A stretch of 63,689 nt of DNA, the filler included, from Octopus bimaculoides (Eukaryota): assembly GCF_001194135.2 (NCBI RefSeq). It is 5 parts of 5 records of this genome, joined end to end, with 100 filler letters (N's around TTAATTAATTAA, not from the genome) between each part and the next. Parts side by side here need not be neighbours in the genome. Positions count along the whole stretch, not along the records: positions 25,381 to 54,259 come from NC_068998.1; 4 more parts are not named here. One strand, 5' to 3'. The notes beneath the pieces were generated by a model. That model saw nothing but the letters and a program-made list of their open reading frames with translations, was not told the origin of the DNA and made no database searches. Numbering within the stretch: position 1 is the stretch's first letter; every line of letters begins with the position of its first letter. The position numbers and the translations under genes were made by a program. Below, one piece after another: positions 37,701-52,207 of the stretch.

Positions 37701-40700
37701 ATGAAAGAAGAATGCTAAACTATTAAATGGAATACTTCATTCAATCAAAGAATCTGATCCTAACACCATTAGTCTTATTTGTTGTGGGTTTGTTTTTTCA
37801 GTTTTAGTTTTTTAGGAAAAAGAAAAATTTATAAAATTCCCATATATTTTTGTATTGAAGTATTTTCTGGCTCATAAAATTGTAATATAGGAAAAAAATC
37901 TTTGCCACAATATCAGGAAAAAAAAATTTTTTAATAAATATATTGGTCTATCTCATTGTTTATTCATATTTTTATCATACAAATCATAAAATTTGACCAG
38001 TCATCCATAGAAGATGATTCCATAACCTCAGGTATTGGAACTCAGATAACACATTCTAATACATCTTATTCTCATTCCACATCTATAACAAAAGAAAAAA
38101 TTATGTCTATTTTTATTTCTTATAAATTCTTCTTTAAAAAGGAAAAAAATAGTTAAGAATTATGTCAAAAGGAGAATTTATACTGGAAAAGATAAAGAAA
38201 AGCAAAAAGTAAAGTTTTCTACAATCGCAAATAGTCTAAGTTTTTGTCAAAAATATCATGTTGAAGTGTAGTAAGAATATCAATGTAGTCTGTCTGAATA
38301 ATGCTTTTGTCTAGACACAGATGCCCTATCATTCTAGCAAGGAAAATAATTATGTGATGTTAATGCATTAACAAAAGTATTATGTCAAAATGTAGTAAGC
38401 ATATCATTATAGTCTATCTGGATAATGTTTTGTCTAGACACAGATGCCCTATTATGCTAGGAAGGAGAATGGTTATGTGATGTTAATGCTTTAACAAGAG
38501 TACTTTTATAAGTAAAAGGAAGGGGTTCAGTCTGGAATCAGCTCTCCATCAAGGTCTCAGTGTATTGGGAGGTGGTTCATTGCTTTATAACATTCCATGT
38601 TACTTAATTAAAGTTTAATGTACTAAATATGTCGACAGAAAATGATTACAATTATTTCATAATCATCACCACCACCATAACCACCATCATCAATCATATT
38701 TCAGATAAAGTGCTATCAATTGTACGTTGCCCATTTAAATATACAGAAAGTAGATATGAACATTGGTTTCATTGATACTTGTGAAATTATTAAATAACCT
38801 AAATAAATTAAGAAATATTTTGTACAAAGACTGCAACAATGGCAAATTATTCTTTTGTCATATAATATTTTCTCCAGTGAAATAAAGTACTTGACAAAGT
38901 GAAGAGACAGTGTAATAGCTAGACTGAGTTGGTGGAAAGTGAAACATTTCCAAAGTGCAACGGTTACATGAATGAAATGAACTAGCACCAAGTTTATATA
39001 AAACTACCATCACAGTACAAGCTGTATTACGAAATGTAAATGAGTAATATGCTTAGACTCAGGTCTCATACATACTCTGTCCTATCTTGTTTTTAAAACT
39101 ATAAAATCATTCCAAAATCTAAAACACTTTCTACCTAAGCGACTTTGATTAAAAGACTGTCAACTGCACCAATTCCTTTTCAGAAAGAGCATTAGTCTAT
39201 AACAAATAGTGTGGTAAAGAAAGTTCCAGATAAAATCCTTTAATCAAATTTAAGAGAGAGATATTGTTAGCCACCATTTCTAGCATGATGCTAGAAGATG
39301 ATATAAGGAACATAACTGCTTTTACAGATAAGCTGCTTTTTTCATAATTTTCTTTCATAATTTTCATAATTTTTCATAATTTTCTTTCACCATACATCTT
39401 TAACAATTTATTAAGTACATTAAAGATATTAAAATTCCTCACTTGGCTTTCCAAAACCAAGTGAAAAGCTTTGATCTCATACTGGTCTTTCTCAAAAATG
39501 AGAAAGACATTTTTTGAGGTGTCTTCTTGGCAGCTATAAATAGTGATGATTGTATAGCATGTATAGCAAGTATAGCATCTCGTAGATGTATTGGTAGCTG
39601 TTATGTATCGATGACTGTACAACAAGTAAAATATATCTCACAACAAGGTCTGTCATTGGGAAGTGTTTAAATTTTTTCATTTTCAAAGGTTATCTTTATT
39701 TTTCAACAGTAGAAGTACTTGTAACACAGCAACTGAGGTGAAAATCCATCAATTATAGTAACTACAAACTGGAATTGTTAGAATGAAAATGCAGCCCTGA
39801 GAAGCCTATTGATAAGTATCCAAATGTTATGGATAACTTTTATAAGAAAAGAATATTTTGGATGATAAAATTTGTTTAATTTTATGAGATACAAGACAAA
39901 CTGATGAAGACTCACCATATTTTGACTGAAAATGGTGGACTACATACTTTTGTTATATGAAGAATTTTTTATTTATACCAGTGTATGCTAAAGAATTATG
40001 TTGTAATTCTAAATTTATAATTGTCAAAGTATTTGTTCAAGTATGAGAGAAATTATCAATGAATAGATTCTTTGATTTAAGTTTGTAGTATATTGTGTAT
40101 GAAAGCAGAGACAGTTTTCTTCTCTAGTATAGGATTTTATAATTTTCTGTTTTTATTTCCCCATGGAACAGAATTTTGATCTGTTACTAAATTAAAATAT
40201 TTCAATAATAAAAGGTACATCACTATTGATAGCTTCTACAGCTGCCTGTTTAAAATCGTTTTTAAGAGAATTGTTAATTTTTTAGCATCCTAGATATGGA
40301 AAATTGCACCAACAGCCTAATTATCAAAGAATTGAAAAGGTTGTATTTGGTATAGTATATGAAGAACCCAGGTGCTCTTCCCAATTCTTTACTTGAAGAA
40401 GTGGAGAGTATTTTGGTTCAGAATGTACTTGCCAATAGTAACCCCAAAAATTAGTTGATGGAAGATCATATATATAGATTTATGTTTAGTTCTGAATAAA
40501 TTATTACAATCTGCAGCTCTAAAGAAATTTGGAAAATTTGTATTATGCTTTGATTTTGTTTCACCACAAACTAAAACAATCACTTAAATATGAATAGGTA
40601 TTTATAAGATTATTACTGTTGGTAAATTCCTTGATGACTGCTGAAATACTGATAGATTTGTAATGCCCATAACATTTGTAACACTCTTAAAAACTTGAGT

Positions 40701-43700
40701 AGATTGATAGATTCTCCCCTACCCCTGCACTGCTACTTGGAAAGCTGAGTATAGGTTTTACACAGGTATTATACCAACATGTGTGCAGGTACATAGTTTA
40801 GTGATTATGACGTTTAGTTCATGATTATAATGTTGTGGATTCAGTTCCTGAACCAGGTGGCATATTGTATCCTTGAGCAAGACCCTGCATTTGATGTTCT
40901 CTAACCTACTGAGTTGAAAAATATACCTGTTGAGTGCTGGAACAATTCTCTCTCTTTCATTTGACATCCTTGATGTACCACTGGGTCAAAAGGTGGGGGA
41001 ATTGAGAGGGTGTCTTTGCTGGTCTGTGATCACACAGGCACTTAAAGCAATTAGTGAAAGTATAGTACACATTACCAAGTCATATTCATTCACAAGTGAT
41101 GGCTGGCTCTTAATGTCAACTTGATAATAAGCACTACTTAGGTAAATTTTCTCATAATAGTTATGTTCGGACATATGGGAAACTGGATAGATTCTGAAAA
41201 GTATCACAGCATTGTCTTACTGGAATTGCTAGTAACAACCAAAACCTGTTAAAATCTTTTAACAGATTTGAAAGTTCTAAATTTCTAAATTCTTTGTCAT
41301 TTACACAGCACCAGAGATGTTTGATTGCAAAAGGTTTGTAGTTTGCAATTTGGTCACTTTTAGGTGAAAAAGATGATGGATTAAAATAATCTGGTTTTTG
41401 TCACAATAAATAATACCGATTTTTTTTTTATATACAATTTCAAAATGGTATACTGTGAAGTACATCAGCAGAAAGTTGCAGAAGGACAAAAAATGCTTTG
41501 CTACTGTTACTATGTATCATTTATAAACGTTTTTCTAATCATTTGGGGAAACAAGACTTGTTTTTGAATGTATTTCCATGTTGAGTTGTCCAGCTAGTTA
41601 TTGACATGGAAGTTTCAAGTGAGGATTGTGACTATCTCATTAATTTTTGCTGTTATCATAGAAGGTGTAAGAGGCCCAGTAGCAAACTTTATAGGTGCTT
41701 TAGAAATAGATCTAAATTAAATAGCTGAAGTAGACATCTTTGAATATTGGGTGAATTGTCACAAAAATAGTACATTATCTTATATCTTGGGTAAAATAGG
41801 TTAAACCACCAGTTGCATCGTGTCTTATTACTCTTTGAGACTTTTGACAAATAGTTTTAATTGGATATGAGGCACAAGTTGCTACAGAAAAAGTGTATTC
41901 GCTAAGTTTTAGAGTTTACTAAAGCAGATTACTCAAACTGACAACTTAAATTTTCCTTCTTAATATTAAGGTGCACCACAATAACAATAGTCATTTTATA
42001 CTATTCTGTATTAGACTGATTTTATTCCAAAGACCTTGCCTGTTGGATGGTACTATCTAGTTTTAGAATGTTAATTCCTGGCTGCCTCATTCTGCTTATG
42101 TTTGAATGTATCCCATGTATAAAAGAATATCATATAAATTACAGTTTATTTTATTCAATGATTATAGATTTAAAATCTCAATCACGAACTGAAGACATAT
42201 AAACAGATGGTTGGCATATATTTCTTTGATTAGTTTTGCATATGCTTCTTGTATCAAATGTTGCACTGTCTTATATAATGTCTGCTGTTTTGAGGCAAAT
42301 ATGTACAAGCAGAAGTTCTGATTTGTAAGGATTGAGACTGGGATTGATAGTTGCTAGGAAATGCTTGAATCTCACATATAACTTAAAAATATTAACACAG
42401 TGAGGAAAGTTTATTGTTATGCCAAACTTGTCTGATATAGATATGTTAATTTTGTTTCATGGATTTATGACTTTTAAATTGATTAAACTGTTGATGAAGT
42501 GCATTCCTGTGATATGATAACATAAGATAATTTAAGAGACATAACTCTTCTTATAACAATCAGTATCATTTTGTTGAAGATACATATCATGAACTGGAGC
42601 ATATAAAATGTAAAAAGCATATATGTAAGCACTAGTAACAGTAGTGATCACACACACACACAGCATGTTAGTAAGTACTATACATAACTAAGAAATAAGC
42701 AAAAATCTTTTAAAGTAAAATGAAGACAATAAGTTTCATGCAAATATTGAAGTAACATATTCTAATAGAAAAATCAAATGTAAACTTCTAAAAAAAAAAA
42801 GGAAATAACAAAATTAACTTTGAGGAAATTTAAATTAGAAGACAAAGAATAATAAAATCATATACATTAGGCTTATTGCTAAACACCTTGCCATTTCTGC
42901 ATCTCAGTTGCCTTAAAATAATTTTAATAATAATGGTAAGATATGGGGGTTTGTGTCTTTCCTGTCAATAGCATCCTCCTCAATTACAATATGTCCGAGC
43001 AACATGGATTAAATAATAACTATATCTTATTTTGATACAAGATTACAGATCTGGAGGAGGACATAGTTGATAAAATTTACCTTAATACTTGAAATGCACT
43101 TTTTTAATTGCCTCTTAATGATAAAAGGCAAAGGGAAAAGGAATGTAACAAAATATCACAAAATATTTTTTGTCTGTCAAGTCAATTATTTCTACATTTG
43201 GTAAAAGATCACAAATCTGGAAGGAATTGGCTTAGTGATAACTGCCTATTTTATGGACCGCTAGAAAGATCAAAAGCAAAGGGCTAAATCCACAATGGAA
43301 AGTAACAGAACTGAATATAGGCATATGGTCTGTAATTTGAGAGAGAGGTATAAACAGTTCTTCATGAATACTTTATTTTATCCTGTTTCAAAGGATGATA
43401 TGTAAAGTTAATTGAGATCAGACTTGAACTTTACTGGACATTGTTTCTGCCACCTCTCTTAGAAATAATCATTATTTACATTAAAATAAATTCAAAAAGG
43501 TAGTTAGTCTAAAAGAATTCAGTGAAGTGTAAAACACAGATTCTGTTTGTTTTGACTCAGTAGTAGGGAATAAGTGGAGTTTTGAAGAAAGTACCAGAAA
43601 CTCTCTTAGTAGTTGTAAAAGAGATGAGGGGACATCTATTGGAAAGTCTAATGCAGCAGCTGTTGTTGTTACTCTCAAGGAATTCTAATTGAACAAATCT

Positions 43701-44050
43701 GTGATCAGAGGCATTTCCACCCCACCCCATAACCATCTATCTTTGTAAAGGCATGTCTTCTGTCTTTGTAAGTGTATGACATCTAGCTTTTTAAGACTAT
43801 ATTGTCTATTGTGTTCCTTTGTTATTTAAGGCAGTAAGGCACTTTTTGAGAGATTTGACTAGTCAAACGTCCATGTAGAACACTGGCCACATTGTAAGTG
43901 TATCAATGAAAGGCTGAGGTATTGCATTATTGTTGAGACAAATGCAGTTGCAGAAGCAGAAGGTTGTATATTGTAAGAGCAGTAAAAGAGACATTTTAGA
44001 AGACAGGTAATGGCAGAGAGAATAGTAGAAGTTGTAACATTGTTGTCATT

Positions 44051-44082
<32 letters not shown>

Positions 44083-44614
44083 GCACTGAGACATGGAAAT
44101 GGGAGTGTGAGGTATATGTGTGTGGTCATAGATAAGAATATTCAGCTTTGGATAGCAACTCACTAGGAGTGATATTTTTCTAATACATATAATTCATAGC
44201 ATACATATATTTCATATTACATTGTTCCTCACTATACATTGAGATAAAAATTATGGCATGACAAGTTTTTCAGTTTGTTTATGTATGAGAGATAAGTAGG
44301 TATAATTTTTGCCTATATTTATTTGTAGATGTGTGTGAATCTATGTACATATATAAGTATTTATATGTACTTGTTATTACTGAAGACAGAGCTTAATTTA
44401 TTGCTTGTTCTGTACCTATGTTTAACAATATATTCCCAAACAAGTAATTATCATAAAAACAATTATGTCTTTTTGTCAACTGAACATCATTATGTATATA
44501 AAAAAAATTCAATAAAATGGAATAGAAAGCACAGAATATAGTGTGTGCACGCACACACACATTTATATATATGACCACTGATACAAGCATATGTGTGTGT
44601 GTGGATAGTGTAAC

Positions 44615-44721
<107 letters not shown>

Positions 44722-45466
44722 TTATGTATGTATTTACACACATCTAGTTCATGACAAATAAAAGGTTTTGTTTGTTGACAATGAAATTATTCACATCCAT
44801 TGAACTAATAAATGTAACCTTGATCTTAAGTGGAAACATCACACTGAGCCCCCCCCCACACACACACACACACAAACGTGTACGATGAGCTGCCACTTCC
44901 AGTTTCTATCCACCAAATTTCACTAATTTAGGAAAGCTATAGCAGAGGATAGTTGCAATGTCCTTGCAGAGATAATGAGTGCTAAAACATATGGCCCCAA
45001 AGTGAACATTTTAACCACAGTCATACATTCAGACACACATACACATGCATAGTTCACTCACACATGAATGTGAATGCACGTACACACACTAATACAACAC
45101 ATATACATATATGGGGGCTTAATAACAGACAGATTTGTTCACAAGGTTTCATTAGTAAACATGTAACAAATTGCTGTGCAGTGGAACTGAATCATGATGT
45201 TGCAAATCAAATTTCTTAACAATACAGGCATGTGTGTGTGTGTTTATGCATATATGTATGTATAGGAGAAATTATGATGAACATAAGTCTATATCATTTT
45301 ACTAAGTATCTACTGCTAAGTAGAGCAGTAACCAAACCACTCTACAAGTAACAGACCAAATGATGGCAATGTACATGGAGCTCTTAACTCAACAGTTGTA
45401 GTTATACATTTAACTGTGCACACAAGTCACACACACACACACACACACATATAAATAAATAAATAA

Positions 45467-45503
<37 letters not shown>

Positions 45504-45885
45504 NNNNNNNNNNNNNNNNNNNNNNNNNNNNNNNNNNNNNNNNNNNNNNNNNNNNNNNNNNNNNNNNNNNNNNNNNNNNNNNNNNNNNNNNNNNNNNNNN
45601 NNNNNNNNNNNNNNNNNNNNNNNNNNNNNNNNNNNNNNNNNNNNNNNNNNNNNNNNNNNNNNNNNNNNNNNNNNNNNNNNNNNNNNNNNNNNNNNNNNNN
45701 NNNNNNNNNNNNNNNNNNNNNNNNNNNNNNNNNNNNNNNNNNNNNNNNNNNNNNNNNNNNNNNNNNNNNNNNNNNNNNNNNNNNNNNNNNNNNNNNNNNN
45801 NNNNNNNNNNNNNNNNNNNNNNNNNNNNNNNNNNNNNNNNNNNNNNNNNNNNNNNNNNNNNNNNNNNNNNNNNNNNNNNNNNNNN

Positions 45886-46796
45886 CCCATAAATAATGCG
45901 GTTTTCTCAATTGCATGAATTAAAAGTCGGAGGGGGATGGGATAAACTACCTGCATGAACTTATTATAAAAGCTGGTAGTAATTTTATCTTGTCCTTATT
46001 CTTAGTGCAAGTTTTGAAGAGTGCAATTCAATTTTAACAGTTATTTTTTATTTTTTCAAAGTTATAACGGAAGTGACAAACGAGCATATTCTGCATATTT
46101 TGCTTTATGAGTTCAGTAAAGGCAACAACACAACAGAAAGTGTGAAGAATATTGATGCAGTATATGGGGATTGGACAATAAATGTAAGTCAGTGTCAATG
46201 GTGGTTCCACAAATTCTGAGCTGGAAACTACAGCCTAGAAGATGAGTCTTGTCCTGGAAGATGTGTAGAGCTCGACAAGGACGTTCTGCTAACCCTGCTG
46301 GGACAAAATCCCATCGTAACTGTTGAGGAGAATCTTGGATTTGGTCATTCAACCATTCATTAACACCTGTGCTAGAAGAAAAACGACCATCTTTGGTTTC
46401 AAGACGAAAGGTGTTCTTCCATCAGGATAATGTTTGGGCACATACAGCGAGGATGTCATTTTAAAGGGTGGAGCAGTTTGAATGGGAAACGGTGCCCCAT
46501 CCAACATATTTGCCGGACAATGCCCTATCTGATTATCATTTATTCCAGCCTTCAAAATCATTTGGATGGAAAAAATAGGAACTCTGTAGACAAGGTCAGT
46601 ATAGTACTGGAGGAGTATTTTTCATCATGGACAAGTGAATTTTGGAGAGGGGCCTTGCAAGTCTACCAGATAGATGGAAGAGCATTGTAGAAAATGAAAG
46701 AGAGTATATTTTAGATTAAAAAAGAACTTTGTTTATCTTTATTTTGAAAAACAAAAGAAGTATAAAAAGAACTGCATTATTTATGGGATGACCCAA
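45886..46796 (+). mobile_element. Internally deleted mariner (DD34D, Hsmar1/Mos1-like) element
   Basis: TIRs cccataaataatgcg (5', cut by gap) and gcattatttatgggatgacccaa|TA. Transposase remnants EVTNEHI..ILLYEF.KGNN, WFHKF..GNYSLEDE..GR, FHQDN, PHP..PDNALSDYHLF and LQNHLDGK. Confidence 0.85.
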
Positions 46797-46867
46797 TATA
46801 TATATATATTATATGGAATAGAAGTGCTAAGCAGGAATGTGTATAAATACACTGGCAACACGAAGTT

Positions 46868-46936
<69 letters not shown>

Positions 46937-47625
46937 ACACTTTTGGTAAGTTAAAACATGTTTCTGGTATATTTCAACTTCTGAAGGAAAATTCACAACA
47001 GTTACCTTAGAGAAAAATTTCTCTCTTATGGTAAATGGTATAAAAACTACAATATCTGCTCATTGTTGTCCCCTATTGGATTCCCAAATACAGCATTTCT
47101 GGCTCTTTAGCCTTCTTTGATGGGAAATACTGAAGCGAGGTAACCCTGGGCAGATTTAAAGCTGTAGTTTTAGCTAAATCACAGTCAACAACATTGACTG
47201 AGTTGCATTATTGGACCACTCAGTTGAGATAAATTCAGTTACATCAGTGCTAATCAGTGTTTTGGCAAAAGCAAACTTTAGATTAGTTAAAATATGTTTG
47301 TGACTTATTTCAACTTCTAAAGTCAAATTCGTTGCAGTTACCATTGAGAACAATTTCTTCTTATGGCAAAAGGTGTAAAACATCATTTGCCTTGTGCATT
47401 TTCTATGACCTGAAATACTCTCAGCTGCTTTCACTGTCTTCATTTCCTTAATTATATTATTGACTGTATAACTGTCAACTTCAGTAGCTCTTTTGGGTCT
47501 GCTTGGTATAGTCTCTCTCCTACACATTTTTTATAGCAACGACCTCTCATGTTAACATTTCCAAGCTTCTTTCTTCCTGGTATTTGTGATGACAAGTGTA
47601 CTGCTATTATTGTATGCACACTCTA

Positions 47626-47668
<43 letters not shown>

Positions 47669-49526
47669 ATCTGTATGTATTTTTTCTGTTTTACTGTTAT
47701 TTGTTTGACCTGTTATTACATTCACACTTATTATTTCAATGCTACTGTATATAGTAGATATAAAACAAACACAATTATAAAACAATGCACAATATAGCAA
47801 CAATATTTGTTGTAATGAAGTTAGATGAAAATAAATCTATGAATCTGAAATAAATTCATTGCAAAGATGTAATTCATATTTGATTGGACACTAAACATTT
47901 TTTTTCTTTTACTAGGAATGTCTCTTGGTTGCAGTTAATTGCTTTGTGTGTGCTTGTGTGATATTATTGTCTTTCCACTTGGCTGGAAGAGTTTCATTAT
48001 TAAAAGTTTTACTGCAGCAAGTTTTCTGTCATCAGTTTTCTGGCATATTGAAGGGCTTCCTTAATGATCATATCTTTCATTTATTTCTTGGTTATAACAA
48101 CTTTTGAGAAGCTTAGCCTTGAAAAGCCTTCCATACTAAATGGTTCTGTGTCTCCTGAATTTGTTTTCTGAGTGGCAAATTATATCACTTTTCAGATGAA
48201 AAGTAGTGATTGTACAACTGTGGCCTTTACATTGCAGTTTCAGAAGCAGAAAATGTTATCATCTTGGCACTTTCAGATCAAAAAATGATCTCAGGCAACT
48301 TCATTGACAAGTACTAGCCACTGTGATTCATTGATCATATTTCTCATCATGTAGTATGTAGGTTGTTTGACCATCCACTATTCCATAGGCATTAGCCTTC
48401 AACTGGCATGAGAGGCCATGTCAATGATTGCTTAGAGTTGTCCCAAGCATGATGGTTCACTTATGATTATCAAATGGCTGGGGCTAACATATGTCGACTT
48501 TTTGCTTAGATACACTTTAGCAGGCTAGGCAGATTCTCCACTTAGTCTAGGATGTAGTTGTTGGCATTGTGGGCTGCAAGTTATGCAACATACAGTGCCA
48601 ACATCAAAACTCAAAACCACTGGCTTTTAACTTTCCTTTTGATTCTATTGACTGGACAAATCGTTTATTACCAGTTGATTGGTAATAAATGATTTTAATC
48701 TGATGCAGAAATATATGCAATTTGAATATAATCTAAGTACATAAATATATGTACGCATCAACTTGAATTCATATGCATGCTTACCTAAAGAGATACACAA
48801 GCATGAATAGCAACTGTATGCAGATGACAGCTTAGTTTCAATGTTTTGTCATGCTATTTTAGACAGCTAGAGTGCAATAGTTAGTGAGCCATTTTTGGCT
48901 ACTTGAATGGAAGAAAAACTGCTATCTGTCTCTAACCTGCTATTAGCCATCATTGGTAGCCATGAAAGCTGTCTCCTTTCATTCTCACTTGTTTACAGTT
49001 TAATTTTACCTTAACATTACCTCTGTAGACTAACTTGCTTAAAAACATGCTGTTTTTTCCTATTCACTGAATGGTAAACATTTTAATTTTATAAACATGA
49101 ATATATATTTGGACATTTTCTAGAACACATTCTGCAACATAATTTTCAAAAACATGAAAATATTTTTTCACATGCTGACAAGTTCAGAATATGTAAACTG
49201 TGCTTTGATGTGGTAAATTAAGATATGTGATATTTATTTTGTTTAAATTGTTATTTTTCAACTTGTACTTACAAAGTATGTGCCGTGTAAATATTATTGA
49301 ATTAGTCTACCAATAAGCTCAGAAGACGTCTATTTAATGTGCATATGTAGGAAATAAAAAGAAAATAAATTATACAATTGTTGCAACCTTTGAGAACATT
49401 TCTTTTAATTTCCTGAACATGCATAAATTTGTATTTGCAAATATACTTTTAAGGAAACATGTATGCAAACAAATCCTACGATATTAGCATACACACAGAT
49501 TTACAAACTCATTTACTTGCATAATA

Positions 49527-50342
49527 CAGGGTGTTTGTGTTAAATTTGATAGTTTATGTAAAAGGAGGGAAAAAAACAATGTCCCATTCAAAAATAAAAG
49601 TATTTTGAAAAATGAAAAAATATTAACTAAATCAAGGCTGGGAGATAACAGTTTACTCAACGTAGTCACTTTCAGCTTCCACCATGGCCTCAAGACAGCT
49701 CTGTTGTGTCCCTAGGAAGATCTTCAAATAACATCCTTGATCTTAGCTATCAGCTTGGCCTTGGTGTTGCTGGCAGAACAGTTGGTATCATTCTCAACTG
49801 TACCCAATGTATAGTAATCCATGAGATTACAATAAGAGAAAGTAGGAGGCTAGAAATTGGGTGCTGGTGAAGTCATAAAATTCTTTGACAACCACTTTTG
49901 ACTCCTTCTAGAGATATGGCAAGAAGCCAAATTTTGCTGCCACATATATGGCTTTCCAGAAGCAACCCTCTTTTGCCACAGATTGACTACAATCTCCAGT
50001 AGCTTCAAATAGGCATTTGAACTGACATAGGCCCTGTTCAATGATACAGGGATGAATTCCAGTAGGCAGACACAGTCAGAATGCCTGCTCTGTTCCTTCC
50101 TGTTGGCTATGGCTTCTTAGTCTCCATTGCAGCTATACATGTCACGTCTTACAACCTTTACAGTGTTCACAGAACATTGAGCAGTAGTCCTGATATCAGA
50201 ATTATGGTACCTGGCATGAGTCATCATGATACAAGTAACTCTTTCCTAATATTCAGGTGGCTTCCAGTCTTCTATGTCAGCTAGCTTTTTCTCAACCACA
50301 GCTTTCCAACACTGCTCTGCAACACTGTTGTCTGTTCACCTG
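49527..50342 (-). mobile_element. Decayed maT/DD37D-type Tc1/mariner element
   Basis: AYLKLLEIVVNLWQKRVASGKPYMWQQNLASCHISRRSQKWLSKNF..PP..CNLMDYY.LGTVENDTN..NTKAKLIAKIK resembles the Bmmar1/maT catalytic region. The terminus is TA|CAGGGTG at 49525. Confidence 0.7.
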
Positions 50343-50715
50343 TATAAATATATATATATATATATATATTTATAATTATCGTTACGGCAAGAAACTGCAT
50401 TTGACACTCTGGCTGATAACGGATGAAGATTTGGCAACCTTCTGTGTCTGTTTCCCATTTGTTTGTGCATTTATTTTAACTTTATATCTATCTATATGTC
50501 TACATATATTTATATATCTATATCTATTCATCTCTCTGTATATGTGTGTGTGTATGTGTGTGTGTGTATGTGTGTGTGTGTATGTGTGTTTGAATGAATG
50601 AGGACATACCTGATTACCCAGAAGTGCAGAAAGTACACTTTATTGTTTGGATTCTTAAACCACTACCTAAAAACTATTCTTTAAATGAATTGTATTGGCA
50701 CTTCGAATTATGGTA

Positions 50716-51475
50716 TTCTTTTATTCTTTAACTTGTTTCAGTCATTTGACTGTGGCCATGCTGGAGCACTGACTTTAGTCGAGCAAATCAACCCCAGGAT
50801 TTATTCTTTGTATGCCTAGTACATATTCTATTGGTCTCTTTTTGCCGAACCACTAAGTTATGGGGACGTAAACACACCAGCATCGGTTGTCAAGTGATGT
50901 TGGAGGGACAAAGACCGACACAAACATATACACACACATACATACACGCACACACATACACACACCCACACACACAAACACACACACACAAACACACACA
51001 TACACACACAAACACACACACACANNNNNNNNNNNNNNNNNNNNNNNNNNNNNNNNNNNNNNNNNNNNNNNNNNNNNNNNNNNNNNNNNNNNNNNNNNNN
51101 NNNNNNNNNNNNNNNNNNNNNNNNNNNNNNNNNNNNNNNNNNNNNNNNNNNNNNNNNNNNNNNNNNNNNNNNNNNNNNNNNNNNNNNNNNNNNNNNNNNN
51201 NNNNNNNNNNNNNNNNNNNNNNNNNNNNNNNNNNNNNNNNNNNNNNNNNNNNNNNNNNNNNNNNNNNNNNNNNNNNNNNNNNNNNNNNNNNNNNNNNNNN
51301 NNNNNNNNNNNNNNNNNNNNNNNNNNNNNNNNNNNNNNNNNNNNNNNNNNNNNNNNNNNNNNNNNNNNNNNNNNNNNNNNNNNNNNNNNNNNNNNNNNNN
51401 NNNNNNNNNNNNNNNNNNNNNNNNNNNNNNNNNNNNNNNNNNNNNNNNNCACACACACACAGACACACACACACA

Positions 51476-51522
<47 letters not shown>

Positions 51523-51625
51523 ATATATATATACGATGGGCTTCTTTCAATTTTTGTCTACCAAATCCACTGACAAGCCTTTGGTCAGCTCGAAGCTTGA
51601 GTATAAGACACTTGTCCAAGTTGCC
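50716..51625 (-). mobile_element. SINE family A with expanded (CA)n centre spanning a gap
   Basis: Tail half at 50716-50925 and head half at 51530-51625 surround (CA)n and an N run. Confidence 0.75.
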
Positions 51626-52207
51626 ACAAACTATGCTGTATTTATTATTTGGGGTACTTATTGGAGTTTATTCTTGAGGTTGCTTAGCATCAGTGTGTAT
51701 TTGTAATATTGAACTCTCTGGTAAATAAAGACCCCACTAAACAGTGCAGTAATGAGTTGTAAATGCATAGCAACCAAGAGCAATAATAATGAATAACTTT
51801 TGTTGATCAAATATTTTCTTTTTTATGAATATTATTATAGCTCACTTGCATAATCAAATTATTTTATCAATGTGCAGAAAATACATTCCTAAAACTAATA
51901 GGTACTTTGCAGTATAAAGATAAGCACAATGAAACTTTGTTGATTAGGGGTAAGTGCATTGCTTTTAGTATTTATAATCATTCATAAGTTTTGTTTAAAT
52001 GTTAATTACAGACATAAGAGCACGTCTACAGAAGTTCTTTGCTTAATTTCATGATGTTATTACCTTCACTGTTGAGTAAGCATGCAATCTGCTCATTTCT
52101 CTTTTTATTGTTCAGTAGGTGTTTTCTAAGTGACACAATGCAGTACTTGAAAGCTGTTTGGACTGAACTCTACAGCCATCTTTTCCAATAAAAATGGATC
52201 CTGCCAG

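Noticed and set aside
47174-47527. 117-aa minus-strand ORF
   Set aside because: No splice context and no recognisable domain beyond a vague RPKR motif.
47930-48620. Possible piggyBac transposase remnant on the minus strand (YGIVDGQTTYIL, KWKDN)
   Set aside because: Only two short motifs amid many stops; cannot be supported without an HMM search.
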